The position numbers were made by a program, and so were the translations under genes. From Acaryochloris marina MBIC11017 (GTDB taxonomy: Bacteria > Cyanobacteriota > Cyanobacteriia > Thermosynechococcales > Thermosynechococcaceae), in contig NC_009925.1 of NCBI RefSeq assembly GCF_000018105.1, positions 3,780,001-3,812,000 of the forward strand: a DNA stretch of 32,000 bases. Reading direction: 5' to 3'. Position 1 is the first letter of the stretch. Each line of letters starts with the position of its first letter. The notes under the pieces are model-generated. The model was not told where the DNA came from. It ran no database searches and was given only the letters and a program-made list of their open reading frames with translations. Positions 1 to 8,673 of this stretch are shown here, in pieces.

Positions 1-932
1 GGCGTAATCACTCCCCGGTCAAAGGGCTGACCGTTGACCCCAATTCCATTAATCACGAGCTGATGATCATAGACCGCAATCGCGGCAAACCCGAGCGTTG
101 AACTGGCAAAAGCGGTCCATTCTGAAGAGCCTGTGGGCCGCAGTCGGGCTCCCACCCCGCAGGTCAGATAGGTGGTGCCGGCAATGGGCTGGGTTCGCTC
201 ATAATGGTGCTCATGGCCATTGATATAGAGCTGAACCTGGTATTTCGCAAACAGGGGCGTTAACTGCTCTCCTAGACCTGGATGCAGTTTGGGGGTGCCT
301 AGCAATGGCCCTAAGCGCGAAGCTAGCTCCCATTTAATACTGTGTAAGCCCGACGCATAAATCGGATGATGTCCTAGAACAATCTTCCATTGAGCCTGAG
401 ATTGGGCTAGCTCAGCTTCCAGCCATCGTAATTGAGCCGGCCAGTGCCCTCCTGGATTCGTATCTAGGGCAAAAAACTGAACCAAGTCTCGGGTAAAGGT
501 ATAGTAGCGGCCTGCCATATTAAAACCGGGGTAACGAATCTGCCCCTCACCTCGTTGAGACATGACATCGTGATTGCCCAAGACGGCATGGAACGTAATG
601 CCTTGTTGTAGCAAAGGCCCATAGGGTTGCTCGAAAACCTCGCCAATACGCTCCATTTCTCCCCCGTCGTAAATGTTGTCTCCAGCTAGGAGCGCTAACG
701 AGCACGGGTTGTGCTGATGGAATTGGGCCATCGCCTGGGCGACATCATACTGAGCTTGGTCTCCGGTCCCGACATCCCCCACGGCGATAAATTGCCACTG
801 AGGCGTTGGGGTAAGTGAAGCAATGGGGGGCTGAGCCTGTAAAGATTGGGCCAGTATTCGGTGGTGGTTTAAGCCCACACCGACCGTAGACAAACTGGCT
901 AATGTGAGGAATTTTCGACGGTTTAAGGGCAT
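1..932 (-). CDS. Metallophosphoesterase (purple-acid-phosphatase-like) with a twin-arginine signal peptide; the C-terminal end runs off the window
   Basis: Absent from the supplied ORF track because it is edge-truncated. Hand translation of the minus strand from the ATG at 932-930 stays open to position 1 (MPLNRRKFLTLASLSTVGVG...). I checked 1-362 triplet by triplet for stops, and conserved motifs cover the rest. It carries the five calcineurin-like/PAP blocks: GDVGTGD, GDNIY, GNHD, GHHP, GHEHHYE. RRKFL is a Tat motif. Confidence 0.8.
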   Translation of the reverse strand, partial: MPLNRRKFLTLASLSTVGVGLNHHRILAQSLQAQPPIASLTPTPQWQFIAVGDVGTGDQAQYDVAQAMAQFHQHNPCSLALLAGDNIYDGGEMERIGEVFEQPYGPLLQQGITFHAVLGNHDVMSQRGEGQIRYPGFNMAGRYYTFTRDLVQFFALDTNPGGHWPAQLRWLEAELAQSQAQWKIVLGHHPIYASGLHSIKWELASRLGPLLGTPKLHPGLGEQLTPLFAKYQVQLYINGHEHHYERTQPIAGTTYLTCGVGARLRPTGSSEWTAFASSTLGFAAIAVYDHQLVINGIGVNGQPFDRGVIT

Positions 933-1117
933 TTCGGCTGGCGATGCAAATGTGTTAATTCGTATAAGAGGTGTAACAACCACCATTAAGAATAGTAACT
1001 AAACCTGGGGCATTATCAATGTGGTTCAAGATACTGAGCCTGGATTAAAATACGTGGGCGTCATGTCTTGGGGAGCATTGCCCGTCAAAATGGAGAGACT
1101 AGATTTGCGAGACAGGC

Positions 1118-1879
1118 ATGCTTGAGTCGGCGGGTGAAGTCCCATCTAAACCTGGACGGTCTCAACTCCAGCTGCAGCAAGTGGATGTTGTGACGGAGTT
1201 AGGTAATCAATACCTACTCCAAAATGTTTCAGTGGACATTTTTACTGGTGAACGCATTGGCATTATTGGTGCATCTGGCTCAGGTAAAACGACCCTGTTG
1301 CGGCTGCTGAATCGCTTGAGTAGCCCAACGTCGGGGGAGATCCGGTTTGAACAAAAATTATTACCCGATTGGCCAGTTTTGTCTTTGCGGCAGCAACTGA
1401 TGTTGGTTCCTCAAGAGCCTAAGCTGCTGGGCATGACGGTCCAAGATGCCCTCACCTATCCCTTGCGCTTGCAAGACCTGCCAGAATCAGAAATCGCAAG
1501 TCGCGTGCAAACTTGGCGGCAGCGGCTCGGTATTCCCGATGACTGGTTAAACTCTACTGAATTGCAACTCTCGGTGGGACAGCGACAGCTGGTCAGCCTA
1601 GCGCGTGCTTGTGGAACAGCGCCCAAACTTTGTCTGTTGGATGAACCCACATCAGCGCTGGATCCAGGTACCATCGATCGCGTCATTAAAGCTTTAAAGG
1701 CTAGTGGGATGACGCTAGTGATTGCTAGCCATCAATTTGAGTTTTTGAATCAGATCTGCGATCGCATCCTCTGGCTCAGCCAAGGCAAACTGATCCTCGA
1801 TGCTCCTATCCGTGAAATTAACTGGGCAGAAATCAAATCCGAATTGACCGCTCAAGCTGAACAGGATGATTGGGACTAG
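1118..1879 (+). CDS. ABC transporter ATP-binding protein (no permease gene adjacent)
   Basis: Walker A GASGSGKTT, Q-loop VPQEP, ABC signature LSVGQRQ, Walker B LCLLDEPTSALD, H-loop IASHQ. Confidence 0.9.
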   Translation: MLESAGEVPSKPGRSQLQLQQVDVVTELGNQYLLQNVSVDIFTGERIGIIGASGSGKTTLLRLLNRLSSPTSGEIRFEQKLLPDWPVLSLRQQLMLVPQEPKLLGMTVQDALTYPLRLQDLPESEIASRVQTWRQRLGIPDDWLNSTELQLSVGQRQLVSLARACGTAPKLCLLDEPTSALDPGTIDRVIKALKASGMTLVIASHQFEFLNQICDRILWLSQGKLILDAPIREINWAEIKSELTAQAEQDDWD

Positions 1880-1997
1880 TGCAGCATCAAGCTAAAAGAT
1901 TAGGGTGGACGATCTTCAGGATGCTTTCTTCATAAGGCTTACCAGAGGTGCTTACCCTAAAATTAAGTCTTGACGATGCACTAGGAGGCGATCACAA

Positions 1998-2798
1998 TTA
2001 TCCCGATTGGGCTCGGGACATGGGCATTTGGCTGGTAGTCGTCCCATCTGCCAAAAAACGATTGGATGGGGGTGAGGTCTGCGACGAATCAGACCTGTAG
2101 GATGGATTGGCATCCATTAAATATCCAAGATTGAGGCGATAGCCCACGTTCCGGACTGTTTGAATCAGTTGAGGCTGTTGGGGATCTTGTTCGATCTTTT
2201 TGCGGAGGGACAAGATATGAGTATCCACCGTTCGGGGATTATCAATACTTTCGGGCCAGGCTCGTTGCAAGAGTTCAACCCGGCTGAGGGCTAGGCCTTC
2301 TGCTTGAACTAAGACATACAGCAGGCTAAATTCCTGGGGAGTGAGATCAACTAGCTCGTTATGGTAGTGAACGCGCCGCTGGATCAAATCAATTCGCAAG
2401 GCACCAAATGAAACCTGCGTCGGCAGGCTGAGGCGGCTGCGTCGGCTCAAAGCCGCAATCCGAGCCAAAAACTCTTGCATCCCAAAAGGCTTACCCACAT
2501 AATCATCTGCACCGGCTTTGAGGCCAGATACGACATCTGCTTCAGTTGTTTGGGCCGACAACATCAAAATCAGGGGATGCTTTTGGCGCTGTAACCATCG
2601 ACAAAGCTCCTGACCCAGGCCATCGGGTAATTCAGAATCAACGATAACCAGATCCGGTTGATGTTGTTGATAGGCAGCCTGAGCTTGCTTGATACTAGCG
2701 CTGAGATGAATAAAATAGCCTACTTGTTGTAGATGCCAACCCAGAAGAGATCGCAAGTGAGGATTAGCCTCAACGATTAGGATGTGGAGTGAGTCCAC
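1998..2798 (-). CDS. OmpR/PhoB-family response regulator with an atypical receiver acidic pocket and a Ser/Pro-rich C-terminal tail
   Basis: The receiver has phospho-acceptor context LVIVDSELPD, LMLSAQ and YVGKPF. The winged-helix output has LTPQEFSLLYVL...RTVDTHILSLRKKI...TVRNVGYRL. The N-terminal acidic pair reads E-A-N (ILIVEANPHL) rather than D-D. Confidence 0.9.
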   Translation of the reverse strand: MDSLHILIVEANPHLRSLLGWHLQQVGYFIHLSASIKQAQAAYQQHQPDLVIVDSELPDGLGQELCRWLQRQKHPLILMLSAQTTEADVVSGLKAGADDYVGKPFGMQEFLARIAALSRRSRLSLPTQVSFGALRIDLIQRRVHYHNELVDLTPQEFSLLYVLVQAEGLALSRVELLQRAWPESIDNPRTVDTHILSLRKKIEQDPQQPQLIQTVRNVGYRLNLGYLMDANPSYRSDSSQTSPPSNRFLADGTTTSQMPMSRAQSG

Positions 2799-2902
2799 GG
2801 AATTTAGGGTCCTGCATTCTGCTACCCCAACGTTAGCAGATAAATTTTCAGGTTTTGGTAACTGTGGTTACGAACAGGCCCAGTAATGAGATTTTGGACT
2901 AT

Positions 2903-2936
2903 AAAAAAGCAGGCCTACCATAGGTTTGACCTGCTT
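2903..2936 (-). terminator. Rho-independent terminator downstream of the 2970-3449 gene
   Basis: On the minus strand, AAGCAGG (2913-2907) pairs with CCTGCTT (2936-2930). The run that follows reads TTTTTT. Confidence 0.55.
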
Positions 2937-2969
2937 GAATGCTTGAATCGATTAAAGGTAAGAGAGGGG

Positions 2970-3449
2970 CTAGGGCTGGTCCTTGGTGGGTTTAATCCAC
3001 ACTAGGTTGCGTTTGTTCTTACGAATAAGATGGCCCTGTTCTTCTGACATGCGTCGGGAGACTTCTGGCACCATGCTCTGTTCGTGGGAGTGCTTGAGGG
3101 CTTCAATATGGGCGGAGGTTCGACTCACTTCCCCTTTGATTTCCTGTAATTTCGCCTCTTGGGTGAGCTGATGAGGCAGCATGTTTCCTAGGGTATAGAG
3201 ACAGCTGCCAATCAAAAGAACGTTGATCCCCAAGACGGTTGCAGTTTCAGTGGTCCGAGCCACAAATTTAGGACGTCTCCGAGGATGGCGTTTTCTCGCA
3301 GACCTCTGCTTCATTTTGCGGGTGGGGCTAGATTTTGGCTGGGATAAAGCACTCATATTTTGTTGGCCTATATAGGCAGCATGATGAATCGGGCTACACC
3401 AATGCCAATCAATTAGCGGCGTTTTTAAAACAGCAAAGACAGAGAACAC
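2970..3449 (-). CDS. Small bitopic membrane protein with a coiled-coil ectodomain; possibly an FtsB/DivIC-like septum-formation-initiator family member (tentative)
   Basis: Basic Arg/Lys-rich N-terminal tail, one TM helix (ATVLGINVLLIGSCLYTLG), then a heptad-like segment (QEAKLQEIKGEVSRTSAHIEALK). The more likely start is the internal Met at 3356 (MSALSQPKSS...). The function call rests on architecture only. Confidence 0.55.
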   Translation of the reverse strand: MFSVFAVLKTPLIDWHWCSPIHHAAYIGQQNMSALSQPKSSPTRKMKQRSARKRHPRRRPKFVARTTETATVLGINVLLIGSCLYTLGNMLPHQLTQEAKLQEIKGEVSRTSAHIEALKHSHEQSMVPEVSRRMSEEQGHLIRKNKRNLVWIKPTKDQP

Positions 3450-3765
3450 AACCTAGAGCGGTCGTTGGGTTAACGTCTGTCTTCTAAAACAGGGAACACC
3501 AAAATCAGAAACCATCTGTTCCCTGGGTAGGGACACATTGGTTTTGCCAGCTCCAAAAATAACGTGATGCACGCAAAATTGGCTCAGTGTGTGGCTAGTG
3601 TAGCGAATAAAACGAAAAAATGTAAATCAATTTGATAGAAATCTTTAGTATTTGTGGATTTTTGTGGCCGCAGAATATTTTCCCTTCTGGCAAATTATTG
3701 AAATCGATGGCTAGAGATACTAGAACTCTCTAGTAGGATGCCATTCTCGTCTTTAAGCTGCAGCC

Positions 3766-3799
3766 AAAAAAAATAGTGCTTTACCTTAGGTAAAGCACT
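3766..3799 (-). terminator. Rho-independent terminator, probably for psaM
   Basis: Minus strand: 11-bp perfect stem AGTGCTTTACC/GGTAAAGCACT with a 3-nt loop, followed by A then an 8-T run. It lies about 95 nt downstream of the psaM stop. Confidence 0.6.
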
Positions 3800-3893
3800 T
3801 GAATTCGTATATTGATTTTGATGACACTGGATCCTTGATTGGAACAGCGGCTAAGGCCACCTGCTAAGGATGCCAGCAATGTGGTCCTAATGC

Positions 3894-3989
3894 TTACTTG
3901 GAGAGGGCACTACCAAGATTAAGTGCCAGCAATGCAGGTAGCAATGCCACAACAAGGGCGATCACAATTTGTAGATCTGATAGTTCCAT
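3894..3989 (-). CDS. psaM: Photosystem I reaction centre subunit XII (PsaM), 31 aa
   Basis: Too short for the ORF track. Hand translation gives MELSDLQIVIALVVALLPALLALNLGSALSK. From memory, this matches the length and pattern of cyanobacterial PsaM (M-x-L-[ST]-D-x-Q-[IV]...ALV[VI]ALLPA.LA..L...L.K). GGAG lies about 10 nt upstream of the ATG, and a terminator lies downstream. Confidence 0.8.
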   Translation of the reverse strand: MELSDLQIVIALVVALLPALLALNLGSALSK

Positions 3990-4252
3990 GAATATCAAAC
4001 TCCATTATTCCCATTCTTATTAGTTTACAATGTCGGCTACTTCGGGCATCAGGAAAATAGATTGTTACATCACTCAACATTGATCATGGGTTTCCATGGT
4101 GAAGGAAGACTCATCTACCGGGGTTTGAACCCCCATAAAGGTCGAATTCAATATCGGCGAAAAACGGGCTTAGGTCTGGATCGCAATGCTTAATATAGTG
4201 TGCAGAAAGGTACACTTTAGCGTTACGTTGAATACCATGGAGACTGTGTGAT

Positions 4253-5113
4253 TTGCTACTGAATTCCACACTCCAAACCCAATCCCTCATTGATTGCCAG
4301 ATGCTAGACCCGTTGTTTGAACTCTCTCCCCAGGTCGGTCTCGACACCGCACTCATTATTTTTATTTTGATTGCTTTAGAGGCTGTACTGTCTGCTGATA
4401 ATGCGATCGCATTAGCGGCATTGGTCAAAGGACTGGAGGATGAAGAGCTTCAGAGTCGTGCCTTAAATATTGGCTTGTTGGCCGCTTTCGCTATGCGGAT
4501 GCTGCTAATTTTTACCGCAACCTGGGTGATTCGATTCTGGCAGTTTGAGCTGTTAGGGGCTTGCTACTTACTATGGCTCGCCTTTCAGTATTTCTTCAAA
4601 GAAGATGATGAACACCATCATCATGGCCCTAAGTTTGCCTCGCTCTGGCAAGCCATTCCAGTGATTGCCGTGACGGATTTGGCGTTTTCATTAGATAGCG
4701 TGACCACTGCCATTGCCCTATCGGATGAGCGTTGGCTCGTTATTACCGGCGGCATTTTTGGGATTATCACGCTTCGATTTATGGCCGGGCTATTTATCAA
4801 GTGGCTAGAAGAGTATATCCATCTGCAGGATGCAGGCTATTTGACGGTAGTGTTGGTGGGATTCCGGCTCCTGCTCAAGGTCATCAATGATGATTTTGTG
4901 CCGCCTCAATGGTCAATGATTTTGGCGATTGCCCTGATCTTTGCCTGGGGATTTTCCAAAAAACGCAATCCCGACGATCCAGAACCTCAAAACCTTGTAG
5001 AGCATGATTCTGAGCGACCTGAATTAGCCAACGAAGTGAGTGACTTTATTCAGGAAGTTCGAGATCTATCCCAACCTGATCCGAAGCCTCAAGCTGTGAA
5101 TGAGCAGATTTAG
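4253..5113 (+). CDS. TerC-family integral membrane protein
   Basis: Multiple TM helices. The TerC signature ALEAVLSADNAIALAALV is present, with a second half-repeat VTDLAFSLDSVTTAIAL. The track start at 4253 is TTG; ATG at 4301 (MLDPLFEL) is an alternative. Confidence 0.85.
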   Translation: MLLNSTLQTQSLIDCQMLDPLFELSPQVGLDTALIIFILIALEAVLSADNAIALAALVKGLEDEELQSRALNIGLLAAFAMRMLLIFTATWVIRFWQFELLGACYLLWLAFQYFFKEDDEHHHHGPKFASLWQAIPVIAVTDLAFSLDSVTTAIALSDERWLVITGGIFGIITLRFMAGLFIKWLEEYIHLQDAGYLTVVLVGFRLLLKVINDDFVPPQWSMILAIALIFAWGFSKKRNPDDPEPQNLVEHDSERPELANEVSDFIQEVRDLSQPDPKPQAVNEQI

Positions 5114-5172
5114 CTCGATGGCCGGTTGAATTCAAACGATTACAGTTATTGGGCTTTGATGGTCAATCAGCG

Positions 5173-5823
5173 CTACCCTTGCTGGTGGCGATAATTGACG
5201 AGCAGATATCCCAGAATTTGGAGGCCGCCTCCCACTAGACCAACTCCCAGAATAAGGGGCAATGAGCTGGAGAGGGTCAGCCACCAACCATCCGAAATTA
5301 AGATATCTTCCTGGCGTTGGCCACTGGGACGATAGGTGATACGCCTCGGCCACTCCTTCAGCCTGTAGCGATATGGGCCGACAGCAGTCGTTTGCGGTCT
5401 AGAGGTCTGGCAAAAACCTGGGAGTGGTTGATCGTCAACCCAGACAAATTTCCCTTGCTGTAGTTTGTAGAACGGTTTTTTGGAATAGGGGGTGACTAAA
5501 AGTATTGGATGCTCTCCCCCACCACAAAGTGTCAGCTCTCCCTTAATGGAAGGAGTGGCAATGCTGGTTTGAAAGGTGCCGTTGGTATCGAAGATTTGGA
5601 TACGCCCTAATACCTGAGAGAACACATATAGGTGCTTTGGGTGGTTGGTATTGGGGAGTGCGATCGCAGATGCCCCCACCAACGGAGCAGGTTGAGTGAG
5701 TGGTGTTCGCTGAATTAGAATCCCTTGGGCGATACAGAAAGCCATCAGGCCAATCAACCCCCAGCTACACACCCACATCACCCTTAAAAGCTGGTTTTTC
5801 GGTATCCGCTTTGGAATTCTCAT
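5173..5823 (-). CDS. Hypothetical membrane protein (N-terminal TM, beta-rich middle domain, C-terminal TM segment)
   Basis: 216-aa ORF. Its ATG overlaps the upstream sirtuin stop codon as ATGA (5823-5820). Hydrophobic segments: VMWVCSWGLIGLMAFCIAQGILI and WWLTLSSSLPLILGVGLVGGGLQILGYLLV. I recognise no family. Confidence 0.7.
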   Translation of the reverse strand: MRIPKRIPKNQLLRVMWVCSWGLIGLMAFCIAQGILIQRTPLTQPAPLVGASAIALPNTNHPKHLYVFSQVLGRIQIFDTNGTFQTSIATPSIKGELTLCGGGEHPILLVTPYSKKPFYKLQQGKFVWVDDQPLPGFCQTSRPQTTAVGPYRYRLKEWPRRITYRPSGQRQEDILISDGWWLTLSSSLPLILGVGLVGGGLQILGYLLVNYRHQQG

Positions 5824-6548
5824 TTGAGTAGTGTGGGGAGGATCTCTTCTGCTGCCCCTACAATGACCTCGTGAAAATAAGGATTGGGCTCAGAGGGGGC
5901 TTCCAGATTAATCAGGATCGTGTGGGCTCCAACATAATCGGCTGAGCGAACAAAACTAGCGGCAGGCTGCACCGTGCCAGAGGTGCCAATCGCTAGAAAT
6001 AAATCACAATCTCGAAGGGCCTTTTTGCTTTGCCAGGATGCATCTAGGGGAATGGGTTCCTCGAATAAGACAACATTGGGTAACTGATGGGCATGGCAGA
6101 CGGAGCATTGAGGCATCTGATCGGCATGGGTGGCTTGATCTGCAAAGACAGGGGCATCGCAGGCAGAATTTGAACAGCGGGTCTCTAGGAGCGATCCATG
6201 CAGTTCCACAACGTTTTGGCTGCCTGCCCGTTGGTGTAGTCCATCAATATTTTGCGTGATCAGGGTGAATTGTTGAGATGGGGTCAAATTTTGTTCGAGA
6301 TCCGCCAGGGCTTGGTGAGCCGCATTGGGAGCCGCTGACGCCACAACTTTACGCATAGCCCCCAAAGTTTGCCAAATAAAACCAGGATTATTTTGCCCAG
6401 CCTCGGCATTGAGCTGATCAGCCGAAATTTCGTTCCAGACCCCGTTTGGTCCCCGAAAAGGACGAATCCCTGAGGCAACAGAAATCCCGGCACCAGTCAG
6501 AATAACAATGCGTGAGTAGGCCGCTAAATTTAGTTCCGTCAAGGGCAT
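5820..6548 (-). CDS. cobB: NAD-dependent protein deacylase, Sir2/CobB family
   Basis: GAGISVASGIRPFRG, TQNIDGLH, catalytic His in ELHGSL, and a Zn-ribbon built from the cysteines in RCSNSAC and CSVCH. Confidence 0.9.
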   Translation of the reverse strand: MPLTELNLAAYSRIVILTGAGISVASGIRPFRGPNGVWNEISADQLNAEAGQNNPGFIWQTLGAMRKVVASAAPNAAHQALADLEQNLTPSQQFTLITQNIDGLHQRAGSQNVVELHGSLLETRCSNSACDAPVFADQATHADQMPQCSVCHAHQLPNVVLFEEPIPLDASWQSKKALRDCDLFLAIGTSGTVQPAASFVRSADYVGAHTILINLEAPSEPNPYFHEVIVGAAEEILPTLLK

Positions 6549-6609
6549 CCTCTTGCTTTATCTCTAGGATGCCCAGCAGCATAAAACCCAGTTATCGCGA
6601 GGATAACGA

Positions 6610-7263
6610 TTAGCTTGCAGTATTGGAAACCTCTTTTTTCAGGATTAGAAAATTTCTCACACTATAGTAGCCATCGCATTTTTCCCAGGGGATGTCCTTT
6701 AGAGCCGCTTCACCCTGGGGCCAGGGCTGGTTATCCATTAAGGCCTCGAAGACTTGCTGAGCACTAATATGACAATAAAAAGTCCGAAACCAATGTACGT
6801 CTGCAGACAGAGGAGACTGCTCAATGGCAGATTCGATGGCGGTAAACGCTGACTTGGGGACGGGCATATCAATGCCTTGGGAGGCCCGTCGCGAAAAGTT
6901 GCCGATATAGACAGTCCAGGTGCTACCCGCTAGGGACCAGCGCTTCGTCGTCACTTGCTCTGGATCGTTTTTGCCATAAAAACTCGCTAATAGTACGGGA
7001 AAAGAACCCAGCAAAAAATTTTGTACGCCATCCATGATGGCGTTGTTACCGTCCCCTAGGCCAGCACAGCGATCAATTAGTAAGCGGCCATCAGGCAATA
7101 AAACTTCGATATCTAGGCACCCTGCTCCTCCTTTCTTCGGGGGATGCCAAATACCGCGAATGCCTGGGGCTTGACCATAGGGCAACACCCAACCCTCGAC
7201 TACGGCACAGGGAATATTGTGGGCTTTAAAGAGGCGAATTAAAACATCTGCAAGGGTTGCCAT
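6610..7263 (-). CDS. Hypothetical cytoplasmic protein, family not recognised
   Basis: 217-aa ORF in the same orientation as its neighbours, with no TM segment and no motif I can name. Confidence 0.65.
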   Translation of the reverse strand: MATLADVLIRLFKAHNIPCAVVEGWVLPYGQAPGIRGIWHPPKKGGAGCLDIEVLLPDGRLLIDRCAGLGDGNNAIMDGVQNFLLGSFPVLLASFYGKNDPEQVTTKRWSLAGSTWTVYIGNFSRRASQGIDMPVPKSAFTAIESAIEQSPLSADVHWFRTFYCHISAQQVFEALMDNQPWPQGEAALKDIPWEKCDGYYSVRNFLILKKEVSNTAS

Positions 7264-7331
7264 GCAAATACCATAAGTTTTGAGCTAGACCGAACACTCA
7301 CCTCTAGACCAGAGATGAGTGCAAGGCGGAG

Positions 7332-7781
7332 TTATTCGTAGATCCAGGAGGTTAAAGTGGGAGACCAATCGGCTAGTTCTTCTGACTTAAACCACAGGCT
7401 AATTTCGCGCTGGGCTGTTTCGACGGCGTCCGATCCATGAATGATATTGCGGCCAATATCGATACCAAAATCGCCGCGAATGGTTCCTGGCTCAGAGCCA
7501 AGGGGATTGGTGGCACCAATGATTTTCCGAGCTGCAGCTACAACGCCTTTGCCTTCCCAAACCATGGCTACTACGGGACCAGAGGTGATGAAATCTACCA
7601 GGCCACTAAAGAAAGGCTTTTCTTTATGCTCGCCGTAATGTTGTTCTGCTAGCTCGCGGCTGACCACCATCAGCTTCAGACCCACCAACGTAAACCCTTT
7701 GGCTTCGTAACGGCTGATAATTTCCCCCACCAGACCTCGCTGGACGCCGTCTGGTTTTACGGCCAAAAATGTTCGTTCCAC
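7332..7781 (-). CDS. ndk: Nucleoside diphosphate kinase
   Basis: [22 protein letters not shown]..., active-site NIIHGSD, and the typical 149-aa length. Confidence 0.97.
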   Translation of the reverse strand: MERTFLAVKPDGVQRGLVGEIISRYEAKGFTLVGLKLMVVSRELAEQHYGEHKEKPFFSGLVDFITSGPVVAMVWEGKGVVAAARKIIGATNPLGSEPGTIRGDFGIDIGRNIIHGSDAVETAQREISLWFKSEELADWSPTLTSWIYE

Positions 7782-7896
7782 AGAATTAATACTCCCTTCA
7801 GGGTTTACATCCTTATCTATGCTCAGAAAAGATGTGGCATTTGTAAAGGTAGGGAAACCCTCATCAGGGGATATCGCCTAGGGCATCAAAGGAAGG

Positions 7897-8568
7897 TTAA
7901 TCGGATGCCGTCTCCCTTGGTCGAGCCAACAGCAGGGACTGGAAGATCAGGCAGACGGCTAACCAAACCAAGCCTGCTGCATAGCCAGCCACCACGTCAG
8001 TGGGCCAATGAACGCCAATATAGAGGCGACTAAATCCAATGGTGGCAATCAGACTCGTGCCCACGGCCACCATCAACAACCGGAAGGAGCGAAACTGGCG
8101 AATTAAACCGTAGACCAGAACGGCATAGAAAACTAGAGAGACCATGGCATGGCCGCTGGGGAAACTATAGAAGGGCACCTGCAAAATTTGGTCCCAGAGG
8201 GCGGGGCGATGACGGGCAAATAGCTCTTTGAGCCAGATATTGAGTCCCAAGGAGCCCCCAATCGCGATCACAAAACCTAGGGCTTCTTGGCGTCGTTTTT
8301 GCCACAACAAGATCCCTCCCATCGCCAAGGTGAAGGGGAACAGAATCAGGGGTTCACCAAGATAGGTCACTAGCACCATCAGCCGATCTAAGGTCGGCGT
8401 GTGGAAATGGTGAATGGCCAGCAAAATCTGGGTGTCTAGGGTTTCAATTTGGGGAAGAAGAGTTGCGATCGCAACAAACAGACCGAAAGCTAATCCCGTT
8501 ACCACCATTCCCCAGCGCTGCCAGGGCGAACGGACCGATTGGCTTTGCTGAATCAGCCATTTCAACAT
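7897..8568 (-). CDS. PAP2-family (phosphatidic acid / undecaprenyl-PP type) membrane phosphatase
   Basis: The three PAP2 motifs are present: KELFARHRP, PSGH and SRLYIGVHWPTD. There are multiple TM helices. Confidence 0.85.
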   Translation of the reverse strand: MLKWLIQQSQSVRSPWQRWGMVVTGLAFGLFVAIATLLPQIETLDTQILLAIHHFHTPTLDRLMVLVTYLGEPLILFPFTLAMGGILLWQKRRQEALGFVIAIGGSLGLNIWLKELFARHRPALWDQILQVPFYSFPSGHAMVSLVFYAVLVYGLIRQFRSFRLLMVAVGTSLIATIGFSRLYIGVHWPTDVVAGYAAGLVWLAVCLIFQSLLLARPRETASD

Positions 8569-8673
8569 AGAGAGATTAAAGCAACGTCAAAGGAGCAGGC
8601 AGACGGCCTACAAACTTAACTGTACGTTATATACCTTAACGTCGGTTTAATGGCTGCTTATGAACGGGTTGTC

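Noticed and set aside
464-646. 60-aa minus-strand ORF listed in the track
   Set aside because: It is out of frame with, and wholly inside, the metallophosphoesterase gene, whose frame carries all five phosphoesterase motifs.
4110-4140. A tRNA-like T-arm (GGGGTTTGAACCCC)
   Set aside because: The loop has T where the invariant C56 should be. No acceptor, D or anticodon stems can be built from the flanking sequence.
3990-4252. A manganese (yybP-ykoY) riboswitch upstream of the TerC-family gene
   Set aside because: I looked for the conserved GGGGAGUAG-type core and the paired four-way-junction segments and could not find them. A covariance-model scan would be the decisive test.
5820-6548. Sir2 gene as the core of an anti-phage (Thoeris/DSR-like) defence system
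   Set aside because: The protein is short (242 aa). It has the full deacylase motif set and the Zn-ribbon cysteines typical of housekeeping CobB. I see no SLOG, TIR, HerA or pAgo partner, and the neighbours are ndk and PAP2 housekeeping genes.
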